Below, piece after piece: positions 28,987 to 38,814 of a stretch of DNA of 64,000 nucleotides; position 1 is the stretch's first letter; each line of letters opens with the position of its first letter. The translations under genes and the position numbers were made by a program. The stretch lies in contig CAWHAE010000012.1 in NCBI GenBank assembly GCA_963827235.1, forward strand, positions 736,001 through 800,000, given 5' to 3'. Origin of the DNA: an uncultured bacterium. GTDB taxonomy: Bacteria > Chloroflexota > UBA5177 > JANWHV01. The notes beneath the pieces were generated by a model that was not told where the DNA came from, made no database searches, and worked only from the letters and a program-made list of their open reading frames with translations.

Positions 28987-29124
28987 TGACGGCCGGGCGT
29001 CACCGCCCGTCAGAGAGTGAAAGGAGGCTCGAAGGCCAGGAAGGGCCAGGATCTGACAAGTCACATCTCTTGCAAGGACTACTTACTTGCCACTTCCCAC
29101 ACGCAGCAAACGGGAGGTCCACTG

Positions 29125-30447
29125 GTGAACATCCATCGTACGAAGGCCGTACGCGCCCTGGTGTGCCCGCTCGTGATCGCGGGGCTCGTCCTCGCGCCGT
29201 ACGTGCGACCTGCGGCTCCTTCGCATGCCGCGTCGCCGGTCACGGTGACCGTCTGGGACATTCAGCAAGGCGTGCAGCAGACGGAGATCAAGGCACAGGC
29301 GGCCGCCTTCAACAAGGCGAACCCAGGCATCAAGGTGCAATACAGCTTCTACCAGAACGATCCGTACAAGACCGCGCTGTCGATAGCGATGGGTGCCAAG
29401 AAGGGCCCAGACATCTTCATGGGCTGGGGCGGCGGCATCCTCAAGAGCTACATAGACGCTGGCGACGTGGTGGATCTGACAAGCGCCCTCAGCGCCGATT
29501 CGGCCTGGAAGAACAAGTACACCCCGTCCGTCCTGGGCCCGGTGACGTTCGGCGGCCACATTTACGGCGTGCCGTACAATGCGACGACGCCGGAAGTCCT
29601 GTTCTACAACAAGGACATCTTCAAGAAGTACAGCATCGCCATCCCGACCACCTGGCCTCAGCTCGAACAGGTGATCAAGACACTGCAGGGTCACAACGTC
29701 ATCCCGTTCTCGCTCGACGGCAAGTCGGAGTGGCCCGAGATGATCGTGTTGCAGTACTTGGCGGATCGCATTGGCGGTAGCCAAGCCTTGAACGGCATCG
29801 CGCTGCGCCAGCCCGGTGCCACTTTCGACAGCAAACCATGGGTCGACGCCTTCACCCTGGCCCAAGGCCTGGTCAAGGAGAACGCCTTCGAGCCAGGCTT
29901 TGCGTCGTCCAACTACGACACAAATGACTCCGCTCAGCTCTTCTACGCCGGCCGGACCGCCATGATGTTCATGGGAGTCTGGCAAATCGGCAACGCGCAG
30001 AGCAACGCCCCCAAGTTCGTGTCCAAGATGGGCTTCTTCCCCGTGCCCGCGGTACCCGGTGGCAAGGGCGACGTCAACGACATCGTGGGTGTGCCTGCCA
30101 ATTACTACTCGCTCAATGCCAACAGCAAAGTGCAGGCCGCCGCGATCGAGTACCTGAAGACTACACTCAATCCGTCGTTCTCGTCGTGGATCCTGTCTCA
30201 GGGGCAGGTACCGCCCGTGCAGGGCCTGGATACCAGCAAGATGACCGATCCGTTGATTAAGGGGCAGGTGACTCTGCTGGCCAAGGCGCCAAGCTACCAG
30301 CTCGCCCTCGATCAGCTGATGCCACCGCAGCTGGCCAATGATTTCCTCGACTTCACCGGCAAGCTGTTTGCGCTGACCATCACGCCACAGCAATTCGCCT
30401 CACAGATGCAGGCTGACACAGCCGCCTACTTCGCCAGCCACCACTGA
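29125..30447 (+). CDS. Sugar ABC transporter substrate-binding protein
   Basis: GTG start with GGGAGG RBS, signal peptide ending AxA, PDIFMGWGGG.LK, G.IYGVP, LFYNKDIF. Confidence 0.9.
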   Translation: MNIHRTKAVRALVCPLVIAGLVLAPYVRPAAPSHAASPVTVTVWDIQQGVQQTEIKAQAAAFNKANPGIKVQYSFYQNDPYKTALSIAMGAKKGPDIFMGWGGGILKSYIDAGDVVDLTSALSADSAWKNKYTPSVLGPVTFGGHIYGVPYNATTPEVLFYNKDIFKKYSIAIPTTWPQLEQVIKTLQGHNVIPFSLDGKSEWPEMIVLQYLADRIGGSQALNGIALRQPGATFDSKPWVDAFTLAQGLVKENAFEPGFASSNYDTNDSAQLFYAGRTAMMFMGVWQIGNAQSNAPKFVSKMGFFPVPAVPGGKGDVNDIVGVPANYYSLNANSKVQAAAIEYLKTTLNPSFSSWILSQGQVPPVQGLDTSKMTDPLIKGQVTLLAKAPSYQLALDQLMPPQLANDFLDFTGKLFALTITPQQFASQMQADTAAYFASHH

Positions 30448-30462
30448 GCCCAACCGTCTAGC

Positions 30463-30495
30463 GGCGAGGGCCGTGCTCTGCGCACGGCCCTCGCC
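30463..30495 (+). terminator. 14-bp hairpin after the binding-protein gene (attenuator or mRNA stabiliser)
   Basis: GGCGAGGGCCGTGC-tctgc-GCACGGCCCTCGCC. Confidence 0.6.
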
Positions 30496-30508
30496 AAGCA
30501 GGATCCAC

Positions 30509-31435
30509 ATGAGCCAGCTTTCTCACGCCCGCCACGCCGAGAGTGCGGCGCTGCTGTCGGCACGCAAGCGAGCCCGGCGCCGTCTGGGTGTCGTCCTTCT
30601 TTTCGTCCTTCCTGCGCTCCTCATGTACAGCCTGTACACGCTCTATCCCGTGGCCACATCCATCTGGTACTCACTGCTGGACTGGAACGGCATCTCCGCG
30701 GGAAGATTCGTCGGCCTGGATAACTGGCGGCGCCTCTTCCAGGACGACAATGTGCTCAGCTCTCTGCGCAACACGCTGATCATCCTGGTCGCTTCGTTCA
30801 CGGTTGAGGTTCCGCTCGGTCTGGCCCTGGCACTTCTCGTCCAGCGGCTGGGACGCTTGGGTTCGGCGCTCTCCAGCCTGTTTGTCGTGCCGCTACTGAT
30901 CTCTTCAGTGGCCATAGGCATCACCTGGAGCTTTCTCTACAACCCCAATTTCGGCCCGCTCTACTATCTCTACGACGCATTCGGACAGCAGGCGCCCGGC
31001 CTGCTGGGCAGCCCGTCATGGGCCATCTGGGCAGTGACCATAGTCGTACTCTGGCAATACATACCTCTGTACATGCTGCTGTTCAACGCCGGGCTCATGG
31101 CTATCCCCCGTGAGCTCTACGATTCGGCAGCAATCGACGGCGCCGGCGGCTGGATACGGTTTTCCCTGATCACTGTTCCTTTGTTGCGACGCACGTTCGT
31201 CACGGCGTCCGTCCTGATCCTGACCGGCTCCCTGGTGTACTTCGACCTCGTCTACGTGATGACCGGCGGCGGACCCGGCAACGCCTCCTACACGCTGGCA
31301 ATGTACGTCTACCGCTCAGCCTTCCAGGACCAGAACGTTGGCTACGGCTCGACGGTCGCCGTCCTGCTGTTCGGCCTGTCGTTCATACTCTCCGCCGTGA
31401 TCGTCCGTTTCTCTCGCCTGCTGCAGGGAGACTAG
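30509..31435 (+). CDS. Carbohydrate ABC transporter permease
   Basis: FVGLDNW, EAA-like loop IPRELYDSAAIDGA, FDLVYVMTGGGPG. Confidence 0.93.
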   Translation: MSQLSHARHAESAALLSARKRARRRLGVVLLFVLPALLMYSLYTLYPVATSIWYSLLDWNGISAGRFVGLDNWRRLFQDDNVLSSLRNTLIILVASFTVEVPLGLALALLVQRLGRLGSALSSLFVVPLLISSVAIGITWSFLYNPNFGPLYYLYDAFGQQAPGLLGSPSWAIWAVTIVVLWQYIPLYMLLFNAGLMAIPRELYDSAAIDGAGGWIRFSLITVPLLRRTFVTASVLILTGSLVYFDLVYVMTGGGPGNASYTLAMYVYRSAFQDQNVGYGSTVAVLLFGLSFILSAVIVRFSRLLQGD

Positions 31436-31438
31436 ACC

Positions 31439-32305
31439 GTGGCACAGGTTGTCGAACCTTCGAGGCAGAATGCCCGTGCGGGCCGCGTCTGGGAACGGGC
31501 CCTGTTGGCGCTGGCCACGTTGATCTGGCTGGCCGTCGTGCTGATACCCGTCTCCTACGCCGTGGTTCAGACGTTCAAGACGCAGTCGGACGCGTTGTCG
31601 TCAAATCCCTGGTCGCTGAGCACCCCTACCTTGTCCAACTATCAGACTGTATGGGGCACCCAGCTTCTGCGCTACCTGCTGAACTCGGTGGTTACCTCGG
31701 TGGGCGCCGTCCTGCTCTCGCTCCTGCTCGGATCGCTGGCGGCGTACGCCCTCTCGCGCCTGCCGCACCGCTTCAACATCGTGCTCTATCTGCTGTTCGT
31801 GTCCGGCCTGGCAGTGCCCATTTACGCCGCGATCATTCCGATCTATCGCTTCGAGGCGGTCACCACCGGTCTGTACGACACGCTGCCCGGTCTGCTGCTG
31901 CCCTACGCCGGAACCGGCCTGCCGATCACCATCTTCATCCTCACGGCGTTTATGCGCGGCATTCCCGATGAGCTCGAGCAGGCCATGCAGATGGACGGCG
32001 CAGGCGTGCTTCGCCGCTACCTGCAGCTGGCCCTACCGCTCGCGCGCCCGGCGATGGCTACGGTTGCCGTGTACACGTTCATCAACAACTGGAACAACTT
32101 CGTGCTGCCGCTGGTGTTGACCCAGAGCGACGACGAGCGCACCCTGCCGCTTGCCGTTTGGAACTATCAAGGCCAATACGGTATGAACGTGCCCATGGTG
32201 CTCACCGTGGTTGTGCTCTCCACTCTGCCGCTCCTCGTGTTCTACATCTTGCAACGTCGCAATTTCATCGAGGGCCTCACTGCCGGCGCGCTCAGCGCGA
32301 CATAG
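31439..32305 (+). CDS. Carbohydrate ABC transporter permease
   Basis: YLLNSV, IPDELEQAMQMDGA, WNNFVLPL, RTLPL, FIEGLTAGA. Confidence 0.93.
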   Translation: MAQVVEPSRQNARAGRVWERALLALATLIWLAVVLIPVSYAVVQTFKTQSDALSSNPWSLSTPTLSNYQTVWGTQLLRYLLNSVVTSVGAVLLSLLLGSLAAYALSRLPHRFNIVLYLLFVSGLAVPIYAAIIPIYRFEAVTTGLYDTLPGLLLPYAGTGLPITIFILTAFMRGIPDELEQAMQMDGAGVLRRYLQLALPLARPAMATVAVYTFINNWNNFVLPLVLTQSDDERTLPLAVWNYQGQYGMNVPMVLTVVVLSTLPLLVFYILQRRNFIEGLTAGALSAT

Positions 32306-32496
32306 CCCGATGATGCTTGCTCAGGGGATTGCCGATACGCGCTACCCTTTAGCCAACAGTCTTGGCTGCGCTACCATTCCCGACTCCGGAGCGGAGCGCG
32401 GCCGGGCGCTACAGAAACATGCCTCGTGTCCACTTAACCTGGCGAGCGCCCGGCGAGGCCGGCCGGCGTCGGAAGTGAAGAACAGGATGAATCGGA

Positions 32497-34887
32497 ATGG
32501 CACTGCCGCAATATCGTGATTCCCAGCAACCGCTCGAGACACGTATCGAAGATCTGATCGGCCGCATGAGTGTCGACGAGAAGCTCGCCCAGCTCGGCTG
32601 CCTATGGAGTACCGACCTCGTCAGAGACGGCACACTGGATGTCGAGGTGGTTGCCGCGAAGATGCCCCACGGGATCGGCCAGATCACCCGCATCGGCGCC
32701 TCGACCGGCCTACGGCCGCGTGAGAGCGCGCAGTTCATGAACGCGGTGCAGCACGTCGCCGTGGAGCGAACGCGTCTCGGCATCCCCGTGGTCGTGCACG
32801 AGGAGTCGGCCGGTGGATTCTGCCATCGCGATGCCACGACTTTTCCGCAGGCCCTGGGTCTTGCTGCCACCTGGAACGCCGATCTCCTCGGCCGAGTGGC
32901 ACACGCGATCGGCGAGGAGATGCGGGCCGTCGGTGCGCGCGTGGCACTGGCTCCCGTCCTGGACGTGGCACGCGACCCGCGCTGGGGCCGCGTCGAGGAA
33001 ACGTACGGCGAGGACCCGGTGCTTGCCGGCGTACTCGGTGTTGCCTATGTGCGCGGTCTGCAGGGCGATGACCTCCGTCACGGCGTCGTCGCCACCGGCA
33101 AGCACTTCCTCGGCTACGCCATGTCCGAGGGTGGGCGCAACTGGGGTCCAGTGCATCTCGGTCCCCGCGAGGTGCGCGACGTCTATGCGGAGCCCTTTGC
33201 CGCCGCCATACGCGAGTCCGGGCTGGCTGCCGTCATGAACTCCTACGCCTCCCTCGACGGCCTTCCTTGCGCGGGCAGCCACGAAATCCTGACGCGGCTG
33301 CTGCGCGACGAGCTTGGCTTCGACGGCGTGGTACTCGCCGACTACTTCTCAGTGGCGCAGCTCTTCGAACATCACCACATTGCCGGCAGCCTGGGAGAAG
33401 CGGCCTGTCTCGCCTTGCAGGCCGGGCTCGACATGGAGCTACCGGCGCTCAGGTGCTTCGGCGACCCGCTGAAGGAAGAGCTGAAGGCCGGCCGCATGTC
33501 TCTCGATATCGTAGACACCGCGGTGCGGCGTGTGCTTCGTATGAAGTTCTCTCTGGGTCTGTTCGAGCAGCCGTATGTCGACGTTGACCTGGCGCCATCG
33601 TGCTTCGATACTCCCGTCCATCGGCAGCTTGCACGCGCGGCCGCCGCCCAATCGGTCGTTCTCCTCTCCAATGACGGTGTACTGCCCATTGCCGGCGGCG
33701 TCCGCCGCATCGCGATCATTGGCCCGGGAGCCGCGGATCAGCGGCTGCTGCAAGGCGATTACCACTATCCGGCACACCTGGAAATGATCTACGCCGCACC
33801 GCCGCCCTCCGCGCATACGACGGGCATCGATCAGCTGCCTCGTGCCGGCGGTGCCTACGCGCCCGGACCGTATTTCACGCCTCATGTTACTCCGCTCGCC
33901 GGTCTCAAAGCCGCGCTCGCCGGTGGCATCGAGGTCGTATACGCGCAGGGATTCGGGGTGCTAGGCGAGGATCGCTCGGGCTTCGAGGAGGCCGTGCGCG
34001 CAGCACGCGACGCGCAGATTGCCGTAGTCGTCGTGGCCGGGAAGAGCGGTCTCATGCGCCCGGTCACTGTCGGCGAAGGCAACGACGCCACGGACCTGGA
34101 TCTGACGGGCGCGCAGCAGGAGCTCGTAGATGCCGTCGCGGACACGGGAACTCCCCTGGTCCTGGTCGTGATGAGCGGCCGCGTGCACACGCTCGAACGG
34201 GTCGTCAACCGCGCGAACGCCGCCATATGGCTCGCCCCAGCGGGCGAAGAGGGTGGCACCGGCCTGGCAGATATCTTGACCGGTGCCGTGAACCCAAGCG
34301 GCCGTCTACCGGTCAGCCTGCCACATGCCGTCGGCCAGGTCCCTGTGCACGTCGGAGTTCGTGCCGGCGGAACCCGCGCCATGTTCTTCGGCGACTATAC
34401 TGATGCACCGGCCACTCCCTTGTTCCCATTCGGACATGGCTTGAGCTATACGAGATTCAGCTACAGCAACATGGCAGTGCGCGGCACGGACACGGTGAGC
34501 GCGATCCAGGTTGGCATCACGGTGCGCAACGAGGGCGACCGTGACGGCGACGAGGTCGTGCAGGTCTACTGCCGCGACATGGTGGCATCAGTGGCGCGAC
34601 CCGAGCGCATGCTGGTCGGTTTCGCCCGTCTGTCGCTGGCGGCCCATCAGGCGCAACGCTGCGTCTTCACAGTCCATCCGTCTCGCTTGGCTTTCTTCGA
34701 TCGGGATATGAGCCTGGTCACCGAGCCGGGCGAGTTCGTCTTCTCGGTCGGCGCCTCCTCGGCCGATATCCGGGCCGAGTTGGCCGTGACGCTGTCGGGC
34801 GAGAAAATCACGTTCAGGCAGCCGGAAATCGTGGCGACCCAAGTTGACGTTGCCGGTTGCGGCGATCGGGCGAGCGACGTCAACTGA
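32497..34887 (+). CDS. GH3 glycoside hydrolase (beta-xylosidase/beta-glucosidase) with Fn3-like C-terminus
   Basis: TRLGIP..HEE, FPQALGLAATW, RDPRWGRVEETYGEDP, KHF, LADY (nucleophile), NPSGRLPVS, FPFGHGLSYT, DEVVQVY. Confidence 0.94.
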   Translation: MALPQYRDSQQPLETRIEDLIGRMSVDEKLAQLGCLWSTDLVRDGTLDVEVVAAKMPHGIGQITRIGASTGLRPRESAQFMNAVQHVAVERTRLGIPVVVHEESAGGFCHRDATTFPQALGLAATWNADLLGRVAHAIGEEMRAVGARVALAPVLDVARDPRWGRVEETYGEDPVLAGVLGVAYVRGLQGDDLRHGVVATGKHFLGYAMSEGGRNWGPVHLGPREVRDVYAEPFAAAIRESGLAAVMNSYASLDGLPCAGSHEILTRLLRDELGFDGVVLADYFSVAQLFEHHHIAGSLGEAACLALQAGLDMELPALRCFGDPLKEELKAGRMSLDIVDTAVRRVLRMKFSLGLFEQPYVDVDLAPSCFDTPVHRQLARAAAAQSVVLLSNDGVLPIAGGVRRIAIIGPGAADQRLLQGDYHYPAHLEMIYAAPPPSAHTTGIDQLPRAGGAYAPGPYFTPHVTPLAGLKAALAGGIEVVYAQGFGVLGEDRSGFEEAVRAARDAQIAVVVVAGKSGLMRPVTVGEGNDATDLDLTGAQQELVDAVADTGTPLVLVVMSGRVHTLERVVNRANAAIWLAPAGEEGGTGLADILTGAVNPSGRLPVSLPHAVGQVPVHVGVRAGGTRAMFFGDYTDAPATPLFPFGHGLSYTRFSYSNMAVRGTDTVSAIQVGITVRNEGDRDGDEVVQVYCRDMVASVARPERMLVGFARLSLAAHQAQRCVFTVHPSRLAFFDRDMSLVTEPGEFVFSVGASSADIRAELAVTLSGEKITFRQPEIVATQVDVAGCGDRASDVN

Positions 34888-34904
34888 CGGAGAGCCCGAG
34901 GTGC

Positions 34905-34942
34905 ATGAGCCGGATTCTCCGCGCGCGGAGAATCCGGCTCAT
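34905..34942. terminator. Perfect 38-bp palindrome between convergent genes (bidirectional terminator candidate)
   Basis: ATGAGCCGGATTCTCCGCGCGCGGAGAATCCGGCTCAT. Confidence 0.75.
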
Positions 34943-34968
34943 AAGACTATTTCGCGAGCGCGACGGGC

Positions 34969-35316
34969 TCAATCCTGCTTGACGATGCCGAAGATATTGC
35001 CCGCCGGATCGCTGAACAGCGCAAACGTCACCATGCCCGGCACCTCTGTCGGCGGGACAACTGTCGTGCCGCCGAGCTGCGCCACCTTGTCCAGTGTTGC
35101 CTGCAGATCCGGTACTCCGGCGTAGATCACCGGCTGTTTCGGTTCGTCGGAAGTGTAGATGCCGCCGTCAACGCTCCCGCTGCCGCCCGTATTGATCATG
35201 CCGTAGCCCATGGAGTTGTCCGCGTCGACCTTCCAATCAAACAGCTCGGCGTAGAAGCTCTGCAGCGCCTTGCCGTCATTACCCGCCAACTCCCACCAGA
35301 CTATTGGTCGCGCCAT
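34969..35316 (-). CDS. VOC/glyoxalase-family protein
   Basis: PIVWWEL, FYAELFDW, Y.GVPDL..TL......GG..VVPP, FALFSDPAGNIFGI. Confidence 0.9.
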   Translation of the reverse strand: MARPIVWWELAGNDGKALQSFYAELFDWKVDADNSMGYGMINTGGSGSVDGGIYTSDEPKQPVIYAGVPDLQATLDKVAQLGGTTVVPPTEVPGMVTFALFSDPAGNIFGIVKQD

Positions 35317-35787
35317 GACACATTTCTCCTCGTCTCAGTGGTCTCGATCCCGGCGCTGCACACTCAGGCACTGCCGGCCGCTCTTGCGTGCCGGTGCGCC
35401 GGGGTGGGTCGCCGGCCTTACTGGGCGAACGGGGCCCCGGATAGTTCACTTGGGGACATCGGTCGTGATCGCGAACGCCATCGCACCGCCGCTAAACGGC
35501 ACCGGACGCTCGCCTGTGTGGCGCCAGTCACAAGGGCATCGTACGCCAGGCGACCGCAGCCGTCGACGACTCTTTCGACGTGTTTTCCACCGCGAGAGAA
35601 CGTGCAGTCCGACCGCTCGCATCCAGATAGGCGGGGTCGTCTTGGCTCCCCCGCAGGTAGCGGGTAGATCTCGTCATTGAGATCGGCATTCCATACTGCG
35701 AGAATGGTGGCGCGATGGCACGGTCGGTGGCCGCCGCCACCACGCCGCCATCGAGCATGTGGCCCGAGCAGTCAGGAGGTCAATCCG

Positions 35788-37182
35788 GTGTACAAGTGGC
35801 TGGCTGTCTTGGGCGCGGGTGCGCTGATTGTGGCGGGACAGGATACCGGCGCGCACGCGCGCGACGTGATGCGCGCGGTTGCCTCCTCGCCCGTAGCGGG
35901 CGCTCCCGGTTGTCCGATCTTCCCCGCCGACAACGTCTGGAACGCCGACGTTTCCGCCCTGCCTACGGCGACCGATTCGGCGGCGATGATCAGCTCGATT
36001 GGCACGGGAACCGGTCTGCACCCCGATTTCGGATCGAATCTGAGCTACGGCATTCCCTACAATGTGGTCGCAGGCAGCCAGGCCAAGGTCCCGGTGACCT
36101 TTGACTATGCCGGCGAGTCCGACCCGGGTCCATACCCGATTCCGTCCAGTCCGCAGATCGAGGCAGGCAGTGACGCCCATATGCTGATCGTGGACAAGGA
36201 CAACTGCTACCTCTACGAGATGTGGGACACGCGCCAGGTGAACGGGCAGTGGCAGGCCGGCTCAGGTGCAATTTGGAACCTGCGATCCAACGCCCTGCGA
36301 CCCGACGGCTGGACCAGCGCCGATGCCGCCGGGCTGCCCATCCTGCCAGGTCTCGTGCGTTACGAGGAGGTCGCCGGCGGGGTAATCGATCATGCTCTGC
36401 GGTTTACGGCGGCACACACGCAAAGCGCGCACATCTACCCCGCCCGCCACGATGCCGGTGTGGCCAACGCCGCCTATCCGCCCATGGGTCTGCGTGTGCG
36501 CCTCAAGGCGTCAATATCGATCAGCGGCTTCACGCCACAGGTCCAGGTACTGCTGACCGCGCTGAAGAAGTACGGCATGATCCTGGCCGACAATGGTTCG
36601 AACTGGTACATCTCCGGCGTGTCCAATCCCAGCTGGAACGACGACGACCTCCATAAGATCAACCAGATAGTGGGGTCCGATTTCGAGGTCGTGGACACCA
36701 GCTCGCTCGTCAACGGCCCCGACCCTTCAACGACCACGCCGACTGCCGCTGGACAGACCCTGACCGGGACGCCCACGGTCACCGCGACACCCACCTCCAG
36801 CCCGTCGCCCGCTGTGACCGCTACCGGGACGCCGACCGCGCCACCCACCGCGACAACCGTCCCCTCGAGCACGCCGACCCGTGCGGCCACCTCCACAACA
36901 GTTCGCACCTCCATACCCAGCCCATCGCGGACGCCGCTGCGGACCGCGACATCCACTGCCACCCGCACGCGCACCGCGGCCCCGTCGCGAACGCCTACGC
37001 GGACCGCAGTGCCATCACGAACTCCCACTCGCACCGCGGCTCCATCACGCCCGCCAACGCGGGCGGCGGTTCCGTCGCGCACGCCCACACGTACCGCGGT
37101 TCCGTCGCGTAGCCGGACCCGCACGGCGACGCCCACGGCGACCGTTGCCAGACGCCACTTCCATCACGGGCACACGCGCTAG
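35788..37182 (+). CDS. Secreted hypothetical protein with globular N-terminal domain and Thr/Pro/Arg-rich repeat tail
   Basis: GTG start with AGGAGGT RBS, signal peptide (AHA), domain with FPADNVWN..GIPYNVV..ESDPGPYPIP..WTSADAAGLPILPGL..HALRFT..YGMILADNGS, then repeats and a His-rich end. Confidence 0.8.
   Translation: MYKWLAVLGAGALIVAGQDTGAHARDVMRAVASSPVAGAPGCPIFPADNVWNADVSALPTATDSAAMISSIGTGTGLHPDFGSNLSYGIPYNVVAGSQAKVPVTFDYAGESDPGPYPIPSSPQIEAGSDAHMLIVDKDNCYLYEMWDTRQVNGQWQAGSGAIWNLRSNALRPDGWTSADAAGLPILPGLVRYEEVAGGVIDHALRFTAAHTQSAHIYPARHDAGVANAAYPPMGLRVRLKASISISGFTPQVQVLLTALKKYGMILADNGSNWYISGVSNPSWNDDDLHKINQIVGSDFEVVDTSSLVNGPDPSTTTPTAAGQTLTGTPTVTATPTSSPSPAVTATGTPTAPPTATTVPSSTPTRAATSTTVRTSIPSPSRTPLRTATSTATRTRTAAPSRTPTRTAVPSRTPTRTAAPSRPPTRAAVPSRTPTRTAVPSRSRTRTATPTATVARRHFHHGHTR
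36961..37140 (+). repeat. Intragenic 30-bp tandem repeat, about 6 copies, encoding TPTRTA(V/A)PSR
   Basis: Units begin at about 36961, 36991, 37021, 37051, 37081 and 37111; divergence is largely synonymous. Confidence 0.85.
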
Positions 37183-37332
37183 CCGGTGCGGCACTCTCGC
37201 TCTCCGGGAGTGGGGCCCGCGCCTTCCGGCCGGACGGCCACAGGGTGAATTCCGTAGCGCTCTACCGGCTCTGACGCCGGCCGGCGCGGCGACAACCCGT
37301 AATTCGCGCGCTTCGGCATCACGGGACCCTGC

Positions 37333-38700
37333 TCAGCGCGACGAGGAGGCGGGATGGCGCTCGTAGAGCACGATGTCATCCTGGCGTGCGACCAGCCGCC
37401 AGGCCGGGTCACGCTCGATGGCCGCGATGGCCTGCAGTCGCTTCGCCTCGGTCGGCGACCGCTCGTCGAGGTCGAACAGCAAAGCCTGAGCTTGCTGATA
37501 GCCGGTGAAGAAGTGGGTAACCCACCTTCGCTCGGTCAGATGCGCTCCCATCTGGTTGTCTACTGCCAGGGCCACGTTGGGCGGCACTAGACTCACAAGA
37601 TGCGACATGGCCTCCTCGCGCGGTCCCATGCGGTAGTCCGCGGCCACGAAGCCTTGCTGGCCCGGCAACGGTCCAATGAGCATGCCTTCCACCATCACGG
37701 CGAGCAGAAGCAGGGCGGAGACGCCGAGACGACGCTGGGCAGGCAGCCGGCAGAGTGCGTAGATGGCGGTGGCGAAGAGCAGCGGAATGATCGGAGCCGC
37801 GTAGTGGTAGTGAATGTCATACTGCAAAGGATAGGTGCTCAGCAGCGTGTAACCGATCGTGGGAAGGATCAGGACGACCGGCCACCCTCCCAACAGCGGC
37901 AGAAACAGCAGTGGAGCCATCAGGAGGCCAAGGTAGCCGAGCTTGGCGCCGTCCAAGAACCGCAGGAGATAGCTCGGGTCGAGCGTGCCGTTGCGAAGCA
38001 GCCCGCCCTGATAGCGTCCTTCGAAGAGGTAGGGACCGCCGCGGATGTGTGGGATCGCCCAGTAGATCACTCCCGCCGTCCAGCCCAGGCCGAGGCCAAT
38101 CAGCGCCAGGCCGGCATGGTGTTGCCGTTTGCCGAGGAGGACGTAGACGCCGAACCCGGCAGTAATCAGGCCGACCTCCTCCTTGAAGAGAAGGGCGATG
38201 CAGAGCAGGACGGCGGCCGTCCTGAAGCGACCGGCGTCGAGACGCTCGATCGCCCAAGCAAGGAAGGGCACCGCCAGCACGATCTCGTGGAAGTCGAACA
38301 GGTTTGCGAACGCCAGGGATGGGTAAAGGAGATAGGCTAAGCCCAGAATGGCGGCTATGCGCTCGTCACCCGTACGTCTGGCGGCCAGCACGTAGACGGG
38401 CACGACACCGGCCGCGAGAAACAGCGTCTGGAAAACCAGCAGGGTATAGACTGAGGGGAACAGCGAGATCCGGGATGGCAAGGAGCGCAATGCCGGGGCT
38501 GAAGTGCTGGCCCAGGAACACATGGTTGCCCTGCACAAGGGGTCGAGGGTATCCCAGAACCAATGGCCGTGCGCCGTGTTCCATATCACCTGGTCGAAGA
38601 TGCCGAGATCGATCAGCGAGGAATGATAGGTGCCGTGCTTGAGACAACTGAGGGTGATCAGCGTCGCACAGTAGCAGAGCAGGGCGGCGCATAGGATCAC
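37333..38700 (-). CDS. DUF2079-family polytopic membrane protein (GT-C-like), with two compensating indels near 38460-38540
   Basis: DLGIFDQ..WN, DFHE, LLFKEE, YHYAAP; the conserved-looking FLGQHFSP segment lies in the alternative frame (ORF 38366-38692). Confidence 0.8.
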   Translation of the reverse strand: MILCAALLCYCATLITLSCLKHGTYHSSLIDLGIFDQVIWNTAHGHWFWDTLDPLCRATMCSWASTSAPALRSLPSRISLFPSVYTLLVFQTLFLAAGVVPVYVLAARRTGDERIAAILGLAYLLYPSLAFANLFDFHEIVLAVPFLAWAIERLDAGRFRTAAVLLCIALLFKEEVGLITAGFGVYVLLGKRQHHAGLALIGLGLGWTAGVIYWAIPHIRGGPYLFEGRYQGGLLRNGTLDPSYLLRFLDGAKLGYLGLLMAPLLFLPLLGGWPVVLILPTIGYTLLSTYPLQYDIHYHYAAPIIPLLFATAIYALCRLPAQRRLGVSALLLLAVMVEGMLIGPLPGQQGFVAADYRMGPREEAMSHLVSLVPPNVALAVDNQMGAHLTERRWVTHFFTGYQQAQALLFDLDERSPTEAKRLQAIAAIERDPAWRLVARQDDIVLYERHPASSSR

Positions 38701-38814
38701 GCGAGGCGGGTTGCAGCGGACTCTCAGCTAGATGCTCCTGCCGGCTCGAAGTGCGGACCCGGTCCAGATGGAGATGATAGCCCGTTGCGTTTGAGCGAGC
38801 AAGGAGCAGAGTGA

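Noticed and set aside
29083-30393. 436-aa minus-strand ORF, and similar ones at 55599-56879 and 52897-53796
   Set aside because: Antisense to clear genes, with no recognisable motifs
36961-37140. 30-bp periodic repeats considered as a CRISPR array
   Set aside because: Units are contiguous with no unique spacers, lie in frame within a CDS, vary mostly at synonymous sites, and no cas genes are present
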